Source of the DNA: Kiritimatiellia bacterium
GTDB taxonomy: Bacteria > Verrucomicrobiota > Kiritimatiellia > CAIVKH01
Direction of reading: 5' to 3'
Length of the DNA: 64,000 nucleotides
Assembly (NCBI GenBank): GCA_027493775.1
Contig: JAOSKE010000003.1
Location: 269,761-333,760 of the forward strand
Below are positions 44,869 to 56,800 of this stretch, one piece after another. Positions within the stretch are counted from its first letter, which is position 1, and each line of letters begins with the position of its first letter. Below the pieces are notes generated by a model that saw only the letters and a list, made by a program, of their open reading frames with translations, had not been told where the DNA came from and did no database searches. A program made the translations under genes and the position numbers.

Positions 44869-47800
44869 GGCGTGGTCATCTGTCCATTCGGATTGGATAT
44901 TCCGCCCGACACCTGATAGCTGATTCCCGCGCCGGATCCATTGAATTCGTACACTTTGAAGAAGTAGGCCGTGGAGGCCGTGAGTCCGGTGACCGTGATG
45001 CTGTCATACGTATTCGGAGAGTAGGACTGCACACTTCCGACAACGAAGTTGTTTGAGCCAATTTGGCTGCCAGCGCCGAACACACTGTTTGCCGTGTAGG
45101 TAACGCCATTTTCAGGAGCTTGCGATGGGGCGGCGCCCTGACGAGCCACAATGATCCGGCCCTGACCATTGCCGTTTGTCCAGCCGATGGTCATCTGGGT
45201 TGTGCCCACTGAAGGGAAGGTGATGCTGTGCGCTTGGGTCTGAGGCGCGTTTGTTGGCGTGAAAACAATGTTCGTCGTGGAGTACAGGCTGATTCCACCG
45301 CTGTTCACGGCCCTCATCCGCCAGTAATTGGTTGTGAGGCTATTGAGATTTGTGACGGCAAAGGTGACGCCGTTGCCGGTCGCCCGCGCCTGATAGCCGG
45401 GAACAAAGGAGCCGAACGAAGAATCGGTGGAGACATCAAGGAGATAGTTTGTTGCTCCCATCGTGGCGATCCAGTTTGCCTGGAAGCTGTCGGACTGTAT
45501 GGCGGTGGCGGACAGAATATCTGGCGCGTTGGGCACGGTCCAGAACGTGGCATCATCCGAGTAGGCAATGCCGTTGTTGTTGCTGGCCCAGGCACGGAAG
45601 TAAATGAGCTTGCCGGCGGGCATGCCACTGCGCGCGTGCGAGAACACGCCGGTTGCGACGCCGCCTTCAGCCATGCTGTTGCCGGTCGGGATGGGGGTTG
45701 CTCCCCAAACCGTTCCGCGCGAAGTGATGGCGCTGCCGCCATTGGTTTCAATCGTTGCGCCAAGTGTCGCGCCGGATGCGGAAATGGCGGTTGCGGTCGG
45801 CAGGATGAGCGTGGGGAATCCGCTGCTGCTGCGACGGCCCAATGCGCCGTTACCTTGGAAGTCGCTCTGGCTCCACGACGTGGAGTTGGTGGCGCGAATC
45901 CAGTAGTAGTAATCCGCATCCACGACCGCTGTGGTATCCGTATAAACGTTAATTCCCGCGGCTACGGGTCCCGATGTGGCTCGCCGAGCCGGAGTTGTCC
46001 GAAGTGTAGCGGTATATCCCGTAGCCGGTTTCTCCCTGCACATCGCTCCATTCGATTTCCACGCGATTGGTAAAGGCGTTGTAGCTCGCGATCACGTTGT
46101 CCACGGTCGAGAGCTTGCGATAGCCGTAATCCCCGCTGCCAAATGCGCTATCACCTGCGCAATTGGCGGCCTTGATCCAGTAGTAGTAGCGCTGGCCGGG
46201 CGTGGCGCTGGCGTCGGTGTGAGTGGTGACATTTGCAGCTTTTGTCGCCAGATACGTGGCGGTTCCGGGATCATTGCTGGTATTGCGCCAGACTTCATAG
46301 CTGGACTCGCCACTGACATCATTCCAAGTGACAGTGATGTGAAGTTCGGATGCTCCATCCGACGCCGTTGCGTTCGGCGCGGGGGGATCACGTTGGTGCA
46401 ATATCCATCGGTGGCGAAGCTGCCAGTTCCAAAACGGCTTTCGCCCCTGCTGTTTTCCGCGTAGAGCCGATAGTAATACAGCGTTCCCCTGGACAGCCCG
46501 CTTACGAGGTCTGTGAGTTGGATGGCGATGTTTGTCGCCGCCAAGTTGGTGAAGCCGACGGAGAATCCGTAGTTTGTGGTAGGGCCATACCGGAACTCTG
46601 CAGACGTCGGCAGGCCGTTTGGCGTCACGGAGCCGCGGAGAATTACGCTGTTTTCCGTGATATCCGCCGGGGACTGAAGAGTGACAATCGGCGGCGCGGG
46701 GAAGTAGTTGGTGAGGCGCAGGACCGGCGGGGTGTACGGCAGCGGCATCGTCCAAAGCACTGAAGAGGCCAGGAAAGGCGTCCAGACCACGAGCGAGTCG
46801 TCCGCCTCAATCACAAAGTTATCCGCCAAGGCGTTTCCTGGAATAAACCTATACGTGCCGTTGGTGAGCACATAGATGCGCGCTTTGGAGCTCGCTATAC
46901 GAGCCGCCGCCACGGGCCAACACGCGAATTTCGTCGGCAAACCGCCAGAGACCCAGCGGCGCCCGCGTGAGGACGTTATTCAGCCCCGTTTCGGACATGC
47001 GTGTGGGACGTGGCAGATTTAGCGCAAGAACATTGTTTTTGTTCGGCTCGATGACGATGCCGTCCGGCTGATCGCTCGCCGGCACACGGCCCACCACCAG
47101 ATAATTGGTCGGGGCGCTTGAGATCGGAAGCAAAACGTCAAAACCTCTGTTGGGGTAAGGCAACGCCTGGGTGTTTGCCAAGCCCCCGCCGATTTCATAC
47201 TGCCAGCGGCCATCCGACGCAAGCCACCACGCGTTCGAGTCTGCCTCGGCGTCTGCCCTTGGCGTGTACACATACACCGAAGACGAGTCGGTCATGTCAT
47301 TGCCTGCCGGCATACGATTGGTTCCGAGGAAGTCGGCCAGCGTATTTTCAAAGGGCTGCATTCCCATGCCGATGAAGTTATGGCCGTTCGTCAACACAGT
47401 CTTGAGGGCCACCACAACCTGTGTTGCCGCGCTGCCCTGGCGCGCCCATGTTGGAATCCACGCATTGGCCGCAGCGATGCGGTAATAACGCATCCACTTA
47501 TTCGGCAAATCAATCGGCGCCACGCGATAGTTTGTAGTTCCCACGTCATAGCCGCCGACATCCACAAACTTCGTTCCCTGCACCGTCGCAGCCAGCTTCC
47601 ACTTCAGGTCAATGTTTATATAGTAGCCGGTGCCATCCGCATAAATGACATCGTAGTAGCTGTTGGAGCTTCCCTCCCAATACAACTCAGCTTGCGAGTT
47701 CACGTTGGCAAAAGCCTGCGTAATCGTGATCTGGCCCAGCATCACGGTTTGCACGCCGGAGATCGGCCCGAGGTTGCCCGCGCGGTCGCGCCCGGCAATG

Positions 47801-50800
47801 GCGACGCGATATTCCGAACCCATCGCCAGGCCATCAATCGTGAGCGCTGACGTTGTGTTGGTCGCAAGGGCAAGGAACATGCCCGCGTCGAAATACAGAT
47901 CGTTCGTCGTCGGATCGCCCGAATCCTGCGTGTAGTACACACGGTACGTATCCCACGGCGAAAGATGAGCGCCGCCGCCATCCGAGAGCGGGGTCCAGTT
48001 CAGGTCAATTTCCGAGGTGTCATCAATCTGACCGGGAGATGCCGCGAAATTCACCACTTTCACCGGCGGCGTGAAGTCCAGATACAGCACGGTGCTGGTC
48101 ACTGCGCCCATCGCGCCATCGTTCGGACGATCATCGTCCGCGTCAATCGCATACAACCAATTTGTGATGATGCCTTCGGTCATATTGGTCAGTGTCACGG
48201 CACTCGTCAGGCCGACATTCACGCCCTCCACCATCGTTGTCGGCGCGATGTTGTTTGTGACCAGCCGGAACGTCGCCACACCGGAGGCGTCATGCACCGA
48301 GCTGGTATCCCAAGAGTAGGTGACCACCGGATTGTTCGTCCAATACACTGCGGTGCTGACAAAGTTGCTCGCGGCGCTTGGGCCGACCGTGTCGTCGTCC
48401 ACCACAAGGATCAAATTCGTCCCATCCGCAAAGAACGGGCTGTCGAACACCTCACCGAAACAGGCGCCGAGGCTGCGGGCAGACCAGAAGACCGAATAGT
48501 ATCCGGTCATAACATTCGCGTATGGGATCGCGGTCAAGTAGTCGTTGGTGACATAAACATCAGCGCCGCCATCGGAAACATTTGTCCAAAGGTCGGCAAT
48601 CACCGTGGCGTCATTCGGGTTGTGAATCTTGAAGCCCGGCTCATAGGGGTCGTCAATCGCGACACCGATCGGATGATGGATGGTCATGGCAAGCGACCAG
48701 CCGCCCGCCCGCAACTCGGCATCCGTCAGGGTGGCCATCGGCGCAGGCGTCGCGTTGACCAACAGGTTGCTCGCCACCGGGTCATCGCCATTGCCCGCTG
48801 CAACACTGATCAAGAAGTTCAGATTCGTCTGCATCCGATCTCCGACACGGTCGTTGTCCGCGTCCGCCACAGTGACGCGCACGGTATAAATGCCGCAATC
48901 CGCAATTCCCGCCAGATTCATTGGCGCCGTCCAGATGCTCTCCCAATCCTTCGCATCGCCCTCGTTCACGGGCGCATTGGCGAAGCCACCCGACGCAACA
49001 ACGTATCCGAGCGAATCAATCACGGCGTATTGCGGCGGCGCGGAGGTGAAGGCAATGCCGCTTGTCACATCGCGCACGCGGCCGGAGATAACGACCGAGA
49101 AGAGATCGGCGGCGTTGGTAATTGAAATGCCGCCATTGATGGTGAAGAAGCCGATCTGCGGGATGTCATAATCGTCATCCACAACCGTGAAGGGCACGTT
49201 CGTCATCCGCTCGGAGGAGTCAAACGGACGATCTGCATCGGCATCCGCCGCCCAGAGAATCGCCGTGTGGATACCCAGTTGAATGGTGTAGTAGTCGCCA
49301 CCCGGGATCGTATTGGAAATACTGTTCGCAGCCTTTGAACCGTGCGCAAACGCGGTCGTGAAGAAGTTCGAAACCACCACGCCCGCATTGGTGTTCAGCA
49401 CCAGGTAGCGAGGCGCTGCAACATTGCTGGCCGACAGGCCGCTTCCGAGGTCCTGCAACATCCCCGCAATGTTCCAACGTCCGAGCAACAGGTCTTCATC
49501 CGTAATGACACCACCCGCCGCGCAGAGGTCGGGGAAGCTGAAGCTGAATTGCTTCAGGTCATACACAATGTCGTCATCGCCGACCCAATTTTCCTTGTCG
49601 CCGACGTAGTAAAGGATTGTTTCGCGGGTTCCCGAAATGGAGAGGATGTTCGTGTTGATGATCACGTTGTTCAGATCGCCCTGAGCCGTGCCCACCGCCA
49701 CTGCAGTATAGCCATCCGCCAATCCGGGCGGCAGTGCAGTTGTGTGCGAGTCCGTCGCATCCACGTCCCATACACCGTTCGTGCGGTCATTGAGCGCGTA
49801 GATGAAGTTCGGATTCGCGTCCGGACCTTGGTAGGCAAGAATCTGTTCACCTTCGATATTCGGGGCAAAATTGCCGTTGGTCGCGACGATTCGGCCGTGA
49901 CTGATGACAGGGTTGTTGGTCGCAATCCAGCGCACCACCGTTCCTGCTCCCACACAGTTTGTTGCGCGCCAGGTGAGTGTGCCTTCCATGTTCCTGAACT
50001 TGTTCTGGCTGGCCATCCAGCCATTGTCCGTGAATTTGATTTCCGTTCCCGTCGGAATATCCACCAACGCAACCCACGCAAACGAGTCATAGTTGCTGCC
50101 GCCGCCAAAGCCGCCTTTGGTCAGGGTGTTCATCGCAATGATTGCGATGTCGCCAGCAATCAGATTCGTACGGGACGGATCCGAGCATTCCCCACCACTG
50201 CCACAATCGGAGCCCGTGCCGCCACCCACCTCGACACTTAGAAAATTCGGCGGTTCGGTATCATCATCAATGACCAAAAATCTATTGGTGCCCGGATTGA
50301 TCAGTGCGCTGTCGCTTTCCGCGCCGTAGCACAATCCTTCAGTTTGCGCGGACCAGACGATTGAAAAACGACCCGTTGTGATCAGGTTCGTGTCCGCCGC
50401 AAGCATCGGGTAGTTCGTTGCATAGTACGTCGCACCGCTCTTGACCAGATTACTCCAGGCAATTGTTCCGCTCCCATACACATTGCTGCCGTCCGCGCCC
50501 AGGACCTTGAAGCTCGGCGCATTGGGGCCGTTCGTAATAATGTTCTCCGAAGGATGCGTGAAGGCCACCGCGACGCGCCAACCGCCGGTCGCAATCATCT
50601 GATCCGTCAGCGTCACCGTCGTCGCGGAGGTATTGTTCACGAGCAGATTTTCCGCCGTCGGAGGGTCTCCCTCTTCGCCGCCCGTGGTAATGACCAGCGC
50701 CACGACCTCGTCCGATGCGGCATCATTCATCCGGTCGTTATCCGCATCCGCCGCGAACACGCGCACGGTGTAGCTGTAACCGCAGGTGAGGTCTAAACCG

Positions 50801-53800
50801 GAGAACGCGGCGCTCACCCCTATCGGCGTGAGCTTCCCAGCGCCCTCGGCGCCGCCCGACAGCGTGTTGCTCGCCAAAATCGTCACGCCATCCACATCAT
50901 AGAACAGTAGATACGGCGGACTGCTTGTGAACCCGATGCCGCTTCCCGCGTCGTGCAGCAAGCCCGTCACGGTGAAGCCGGACATCGCGGTCGCCACATC
51001 AATCGTTGTGGACAGCCCATCAACCGCAAAAGCGCTCGGCGTCGGCGGCAGATCATCGTCGTCCACCACCATGAAGAGGTTCGTGCCGTCCGCAATCGCG
51101 CCGCGATCAATAATCATCGCTACGCAGGATCCCTGATTGCTCGCGGACCACACCACATAGTGCAGGCCGGTTTGGATAACACTGTATGACGCTGCCGGAA
51201 GATTGTTGTTCGTGAAATAATAGGTGTTGCCCACATGTACCCCATTCGTCCACGGCATTTCGGCAATCACATTGCCCACCGCGTTGGTCACACGGAATGA
51301 CGGCGAGGAGGCATTGGTAAAGACCCCCACCGGATGCGACAGATTGAACGCCAAGCTCCAGCCGCCCGTGGCAATCGTAGAGTCCAGAACCTGCACGTAG
51401 GGCGACGCGACACTGCCATTCACGAGCAGATTGCTCGCAATCGGATAATCCGCAGGGCCGCCCACGCCGGTCGTACGAATCACCAGCACCGCCTGCGTAA
51501 TGGACATCTGGTCATTCGGACGATCCAAATCCGCGTCCGCCGCGAACACGCGCACCGTGTAATCCTCGCCGCAGTTCAACACCCCGGCATAGACCATGCC
51601 TGTCGCAGCATTTGCCGCCCCCGCATAAAGTCTGTTGCTCTGAACAACCGCGCCGACGCTGTCCAGCAGGACAAAGTGCGTCGTTCCGTCATACAACACG
51701 CCCGACGCATCCGTGAGCATCCCCGTGATGACCATGCTGCCAGAGCCTAGGTCAAAATTCGTCGTTCCGCCAGCCAAGAAGAAAGCGGACGCAAGCGGCG
51801 CATTCGTGTCGTCGTCAATGACCGGGAAGATCAGCAGGTTGGTCGATCCGAGCCGGTCCATATCGCCGCGATCATCATCCGCATCTGTGACAAAGACCAA
51901 GGTCGTGTAGGTGCCCAGCGCGACATAATTTGTGCTCGCGGCAGCAGGTGCAAGCACCGTTGCCGGCATGGAGGTGGTTGCGCCGGCATTCGGGAACGGC
52001 GTGACAAAATCATCGGTAACGACCTGTTGTCCGAGTGGATTCAACGTGATGAAGTACGGCGCGAACGCATTGCTGACGGCAAGGCCGCTATCCACGTCAT
52101 GCACCATGCTTGTGATCGTGTATCCGCCCCACGCGATGTCGCCATCCGTCAGGACGAGATCGCTGGACGCCGAGGTAAGCCGCACATCGTCAATGCGGAA
52201 TTCGACGGTGGACGAGGATGTAAAACGGATATACAGGTTCGTGCCCGCCAGGCTGTCGGGCACACTGTTTGTGCGATAGTGCCACACAGCGGTTCCCGCG
52301 CCCGTCGGCAGGCTGACCGCGCCCAACGAAACCCACGTGGTTCCGTTGGTGCTGCCTTCGAGCGCCATCGTGCTTCCGGACTCGGCCGTCGTGTTCTTTC
52401 GAATACCGTAATACAGCTTCATGCCGGACATGCCGGACGAATCAATGCCGGCAATCATGAAGTACTCATTGACGGCGTTAATCATCACATTCATTGAACC
52501 AGACGCGCTCGCATAGTCGCTCGGTCCACTCGGATTTGTTGTTCGCACGTCCGCTGTGCCGGTCATGGTGAACGAAACGTTGTCAAAACGATTGTTGCTC
52601 TCGTGTGTTGCAATGGAATCGCCGCTGCTGCCCGCCGTTCCCATGGTCTCAACAAAAATCTCGTTTTCCGCGCCGCCTGCGCCAACTCCGTTAATATCCG
52701 TCATCCCAATGACTGGCGGAGTCGCGTCATCGTCCTTCACCACCAGAAAACCGTATTGCTGGTTTGTGATCCCCGTCGTGTCGCCAATGCGGTCGTCGTC
52801 GGCATCAGACATGGTCACCGAAATGCGGTTGGTCTCAACCCGTCAACGGTGTTGGTCATCATCCGCGTGATTTCTGTATTGCTGAAGGGAGTGGCCCACG
52901 TCCAGACGTTCGTCGCGCGAGCATTTGTGGTCTGTGCAAAGGTGGAACTCAACGTCGCATCAAAGTTTGCGACGTTGCTGATCACGATGCCATCCAGCGT
53001 GAAGTTCATATTGGTTGCTGGATTGGTGGTGCCCCGATTAATGCCCGAGTCGTCACGCGCACCGAGCCAGAAGTGCAAGGGGTTTCCCGCGCTCACCGAA
53101 ACCAACTGACCGTCGGTCGCGCTGTAGACCCAGTTGTTCGATCCTCCGCTACCCGTCAGATTTGTGCCGCCAATTGAAATTTGCATGGCGCGCAAGGCGC
53201 CACCGTTCACGACCGGGGCATGGATCGTTGCCAACGCGGGCGGGGTCCACGTCGTCGTCAATGACGGTAAAGACGAAGTTGGACGTGACCGCGTTGCCCG
53301 TCAGGTCCACCGCGCTGACGGTCGCCGTATAGATGCCCAGAACCACATTCGCCTGCGGCACGGGGCCGAAGGTTCCCGCGAGCGCGGATGGCGCGGTCGT
53401 GCCGTTCGCCGGCGCGGTGGAGAATTTATTTGAGGCAATCGTCACGCCGACGCTGTTGCGGATAACGAAGTACGGTGTTGCGGGGCCATTGGAAACGCCC
53501 GCGCCGACATCGGACACCATGCCGGTCACCGAAAAGCCCACGCGGATTTGCGCATCGGTATTGGTCCCGCCATCCAGATTGAACCCGAAGAGACTCGGCG
53601 CAACGCCGTCCTTTGTCGTCACGCTGCCGGTCGTGGAATTATCACTCACACAGTTTGGCGTCGTCGCGCGAACGCGATAGTAATACGTGACGGCGGATTC
53701 CAGGCCCGTGACTGACACGCTCGTCCCGGCCACCGAACGATCTTCATAGCCACTCACATAGCTGGATCCCGAATTCGTCCAAGTGACGTCATCAATCGAC

Positions 53801-56800
53801 AGACGCTCCGACCCGCTATTGGTGATCATGATGGTGAACGAGCCGGGGAAGTTCAGATTTTGCACGACCGCCGTCTGGATCGCGCTGCCGTAGGTGATGT
53901 TGGTCGCCACCTTGGTTCCGTTGACAAAAATATCAAAGGTATGCGCTTCCCCGCTGCCGAACGCGCGCTGATGTGTCACGCGAAGTTCGCTCACACCACC
54001 GGTAATAGACTGAGATACCAAGTATGCGCCGCTTGCGTTCTGGAGCGTAAGCGCGTCGCCATCAATCGTCTGATCCGTGCGTGCCTTTTCGGCCGTCCAC
54101 ACAATCCCATTCGCATTGGTCCAGTCGCGGGTCAAGTAGCTGCTGACCGTTCCTCCGCCGATGATGCCCCGACCGAAAGGTTCGACGCCATAATTGCCTA
54201 CGCCGCCGAAGGTGGGCGAAATGGAGACGTCCACGCCATACCCCGTCGCGCCGACAAGCGGCGACCAGTGCAAGGTGAAGTCCGTGGTATTGGTCGGATT
54301 CACATACAGACCCGTCACCACCGAGCTGAAGCAGGCGGCGGTGAAGTTGCTGACATCGCCGTAGGATATGCCGAGCGCGTTCTGCGCGTAGGCGCGTACA
54401 AAGTAGGTTTGGCCGGGCACAAGGCCGGTCAGACTGCTGGCATAGATGCCAAGGCCTGTTCCGTCCGAAGTGGCACTGTCGGCAATGGTCGGCGTTCCGT
54501 TTGTCGTCCACACTACGCCGCGATTGGTCACCGTCAGCCCACCATCGCTCATGACATCGCCGCCGGCGGAGGCCGTGGTTTCCAGAATGGAGGAGATCGG
54601 ACGCGCCAACACGGTCGGCAAATGGCGGTCCACCAAATCCGCCCAGGATTTGGCCACACGTATTTCGTCGAAATACACCCGGCCTATCGTCCCAACATCC
54701 GCGCCGCCGATCAGCATGATGCCGTCAATCATCGCCGGAGCTCGTCGCAGTTGCGGTCGCAGCCCACGTCACCGGCTCCACCATCGGCACGCTCTCCGTG
54801 CGGTGATAGGCCATCGCATAAATCTTCCCCGCATCGAGATCATATTTGCCGATCAACAGGTAGGTGTTGTTGGTGTTCACGGAACGACCATAAATGTCGT
54901 AGGCCGAAAACACCCGACCGGCGCCATAGGTATCAATACCGAGCGAGTAATCGTGCCCGCCGTCCGAAATTTTTCCGACAAAGCCCGTTTCCGAGCTACC
55001 GCTCAGAAAACTAATGCCCGCAAATTTGTTCGGCCCTTCAAACTCGTAGCCGACATACGCCGCGATATAAACCGCGCCCGTTGAAATCGGCGCAAAGAAG
55101 CGCTGCACACGGCTCGTCGTGCTGATGCCCGGATCGTCCATCTTGATGATGTTCGCCGCATTCGTCGGATACGAATCCACCGTCGGGAAGGAAATCTCCG
55201 CGTGATTGTTCGATAGAACCGTCCATGTCCCCGCAGAATTCGTCCACGCCGTCGTCCACCCCTGCCCACCATTGCCCGACGGCAACAACAACGAAAGGCT
55301 GTTCGTGTACGCGACCTGATCAACGATTTCCTCCGGCCGATACAGCGGCATGGTCACGTTGCCGAGGGGCGTGCGCGTCGCGGTGTAGTTGCCGTTGAGC
55401 GTGTACGCCGCATAATAATTGGTCGAACCCTGCGCCACGATGTGCTCTAGCGCGCCCGCCGAGGGGCCGATATAAATCACACGCGCGCTGCCAATCACAT
55501 CATCCACGCTGTACGGAACGCCCTGCGTCGGGTCCACCGCGATCGCCTCATCATCGTGCAAGATCAGCGTCTGCACCCCGGCCTGCGGCGTCCAACCCAG
55601 ACGCACCATTTCCTTGCCGTCCGCAATCACCGATCCGCCGGCCACCGGCGGAATATTCGTCACCGTCACGGTAATCTTCGCATGTTGCGGCGAGTTGGAT
55701 GCGGTGCCGCTGGTGACGATGAGCCCGCCGGTGTGAGTGCCGACCGCGAGGTCCGTCACATCCAACGACAAGGTATGCGCCTGACCGATGCCCGCGCCGA
55801 GGGTGCCCAATGTCGGTGAAACAGAAATCCAGGCCGCATTCGTCGCAACGTCATAAGACAGCACACCGAGGCCGATATTCGTCACGGCAAACGAATCCAT
55901 CACCGGGCTGCTTCCACGCATCACCGAAACCGTGAACGCGGTCGGCGTGAGACCGATCCCCGGCGTGCCGCTGGAGGGGATGATATCTGACCATTTGGTC
56001 GCAATACGGACTTCATCGAAGGCAACCACGCCGGGATAGTTGTTATCAAAACCGCCCGTCACCAACTCGATGCCGTCCACGTAGGTGCGGTCACTCGCCG
56101 CCGTCGCCGTCGCATCCCAGACCCCCGGTTCAGCCTCGGGAACCACGTCCGTGCGGTAGTACGCCTTTGTCGCCAACTCGCGCGTCGAAAAGTTATAGCG
56201 CCCGAAGATCACATATACATTGCCCGTGTTGGAAGAGAACGAGTTGATGTTGTAGCTGGAGCTTGCGGGTCCGCCGCCGTCAAAACTGTCAAGTCCAAGG
56301 AGGTTCCAGTCCCCTATTTCACCAATGAACGCGCGCTCCACGCCGTTCGACAGCAGACGAATGCCCGTGTATTTCCCCTGGTCGCCATATTGCACGGCCA
56401 TGATGTACGAAAAATACAACACGCCGCTCGTTACCGGAGAGAAGTCGCGCCGGGCCTTCATCTCCGTGTTATTCACGGTATTCGTCACCAAAACGCGCTG
56501 CGCCGCAATCGGCGGGTAGTTCGAGTTAACATACAGATTCGGCGTCGGCCCGTTTGAAGAAACGGTGAAATTCCCCGCCCCCACCGACCACGCGCCGCTC
56601 CAGCCCTGACCGCCGTTCAGCCCGTTCAGCGAGACACCGTTTGTGTATCCGAATTGCTCCACGTGCTCGATCGGTCCATACGAAGCCATCGAGACCGTTG
56701 CCGTCACCCCCGGCGAGTAGTGGTCATTGTTGATCGCGTAGAACACATAAACATCCATGCTGCCCGGCGGCACCACATGATCGAGATAAGCGCCGCTGCC

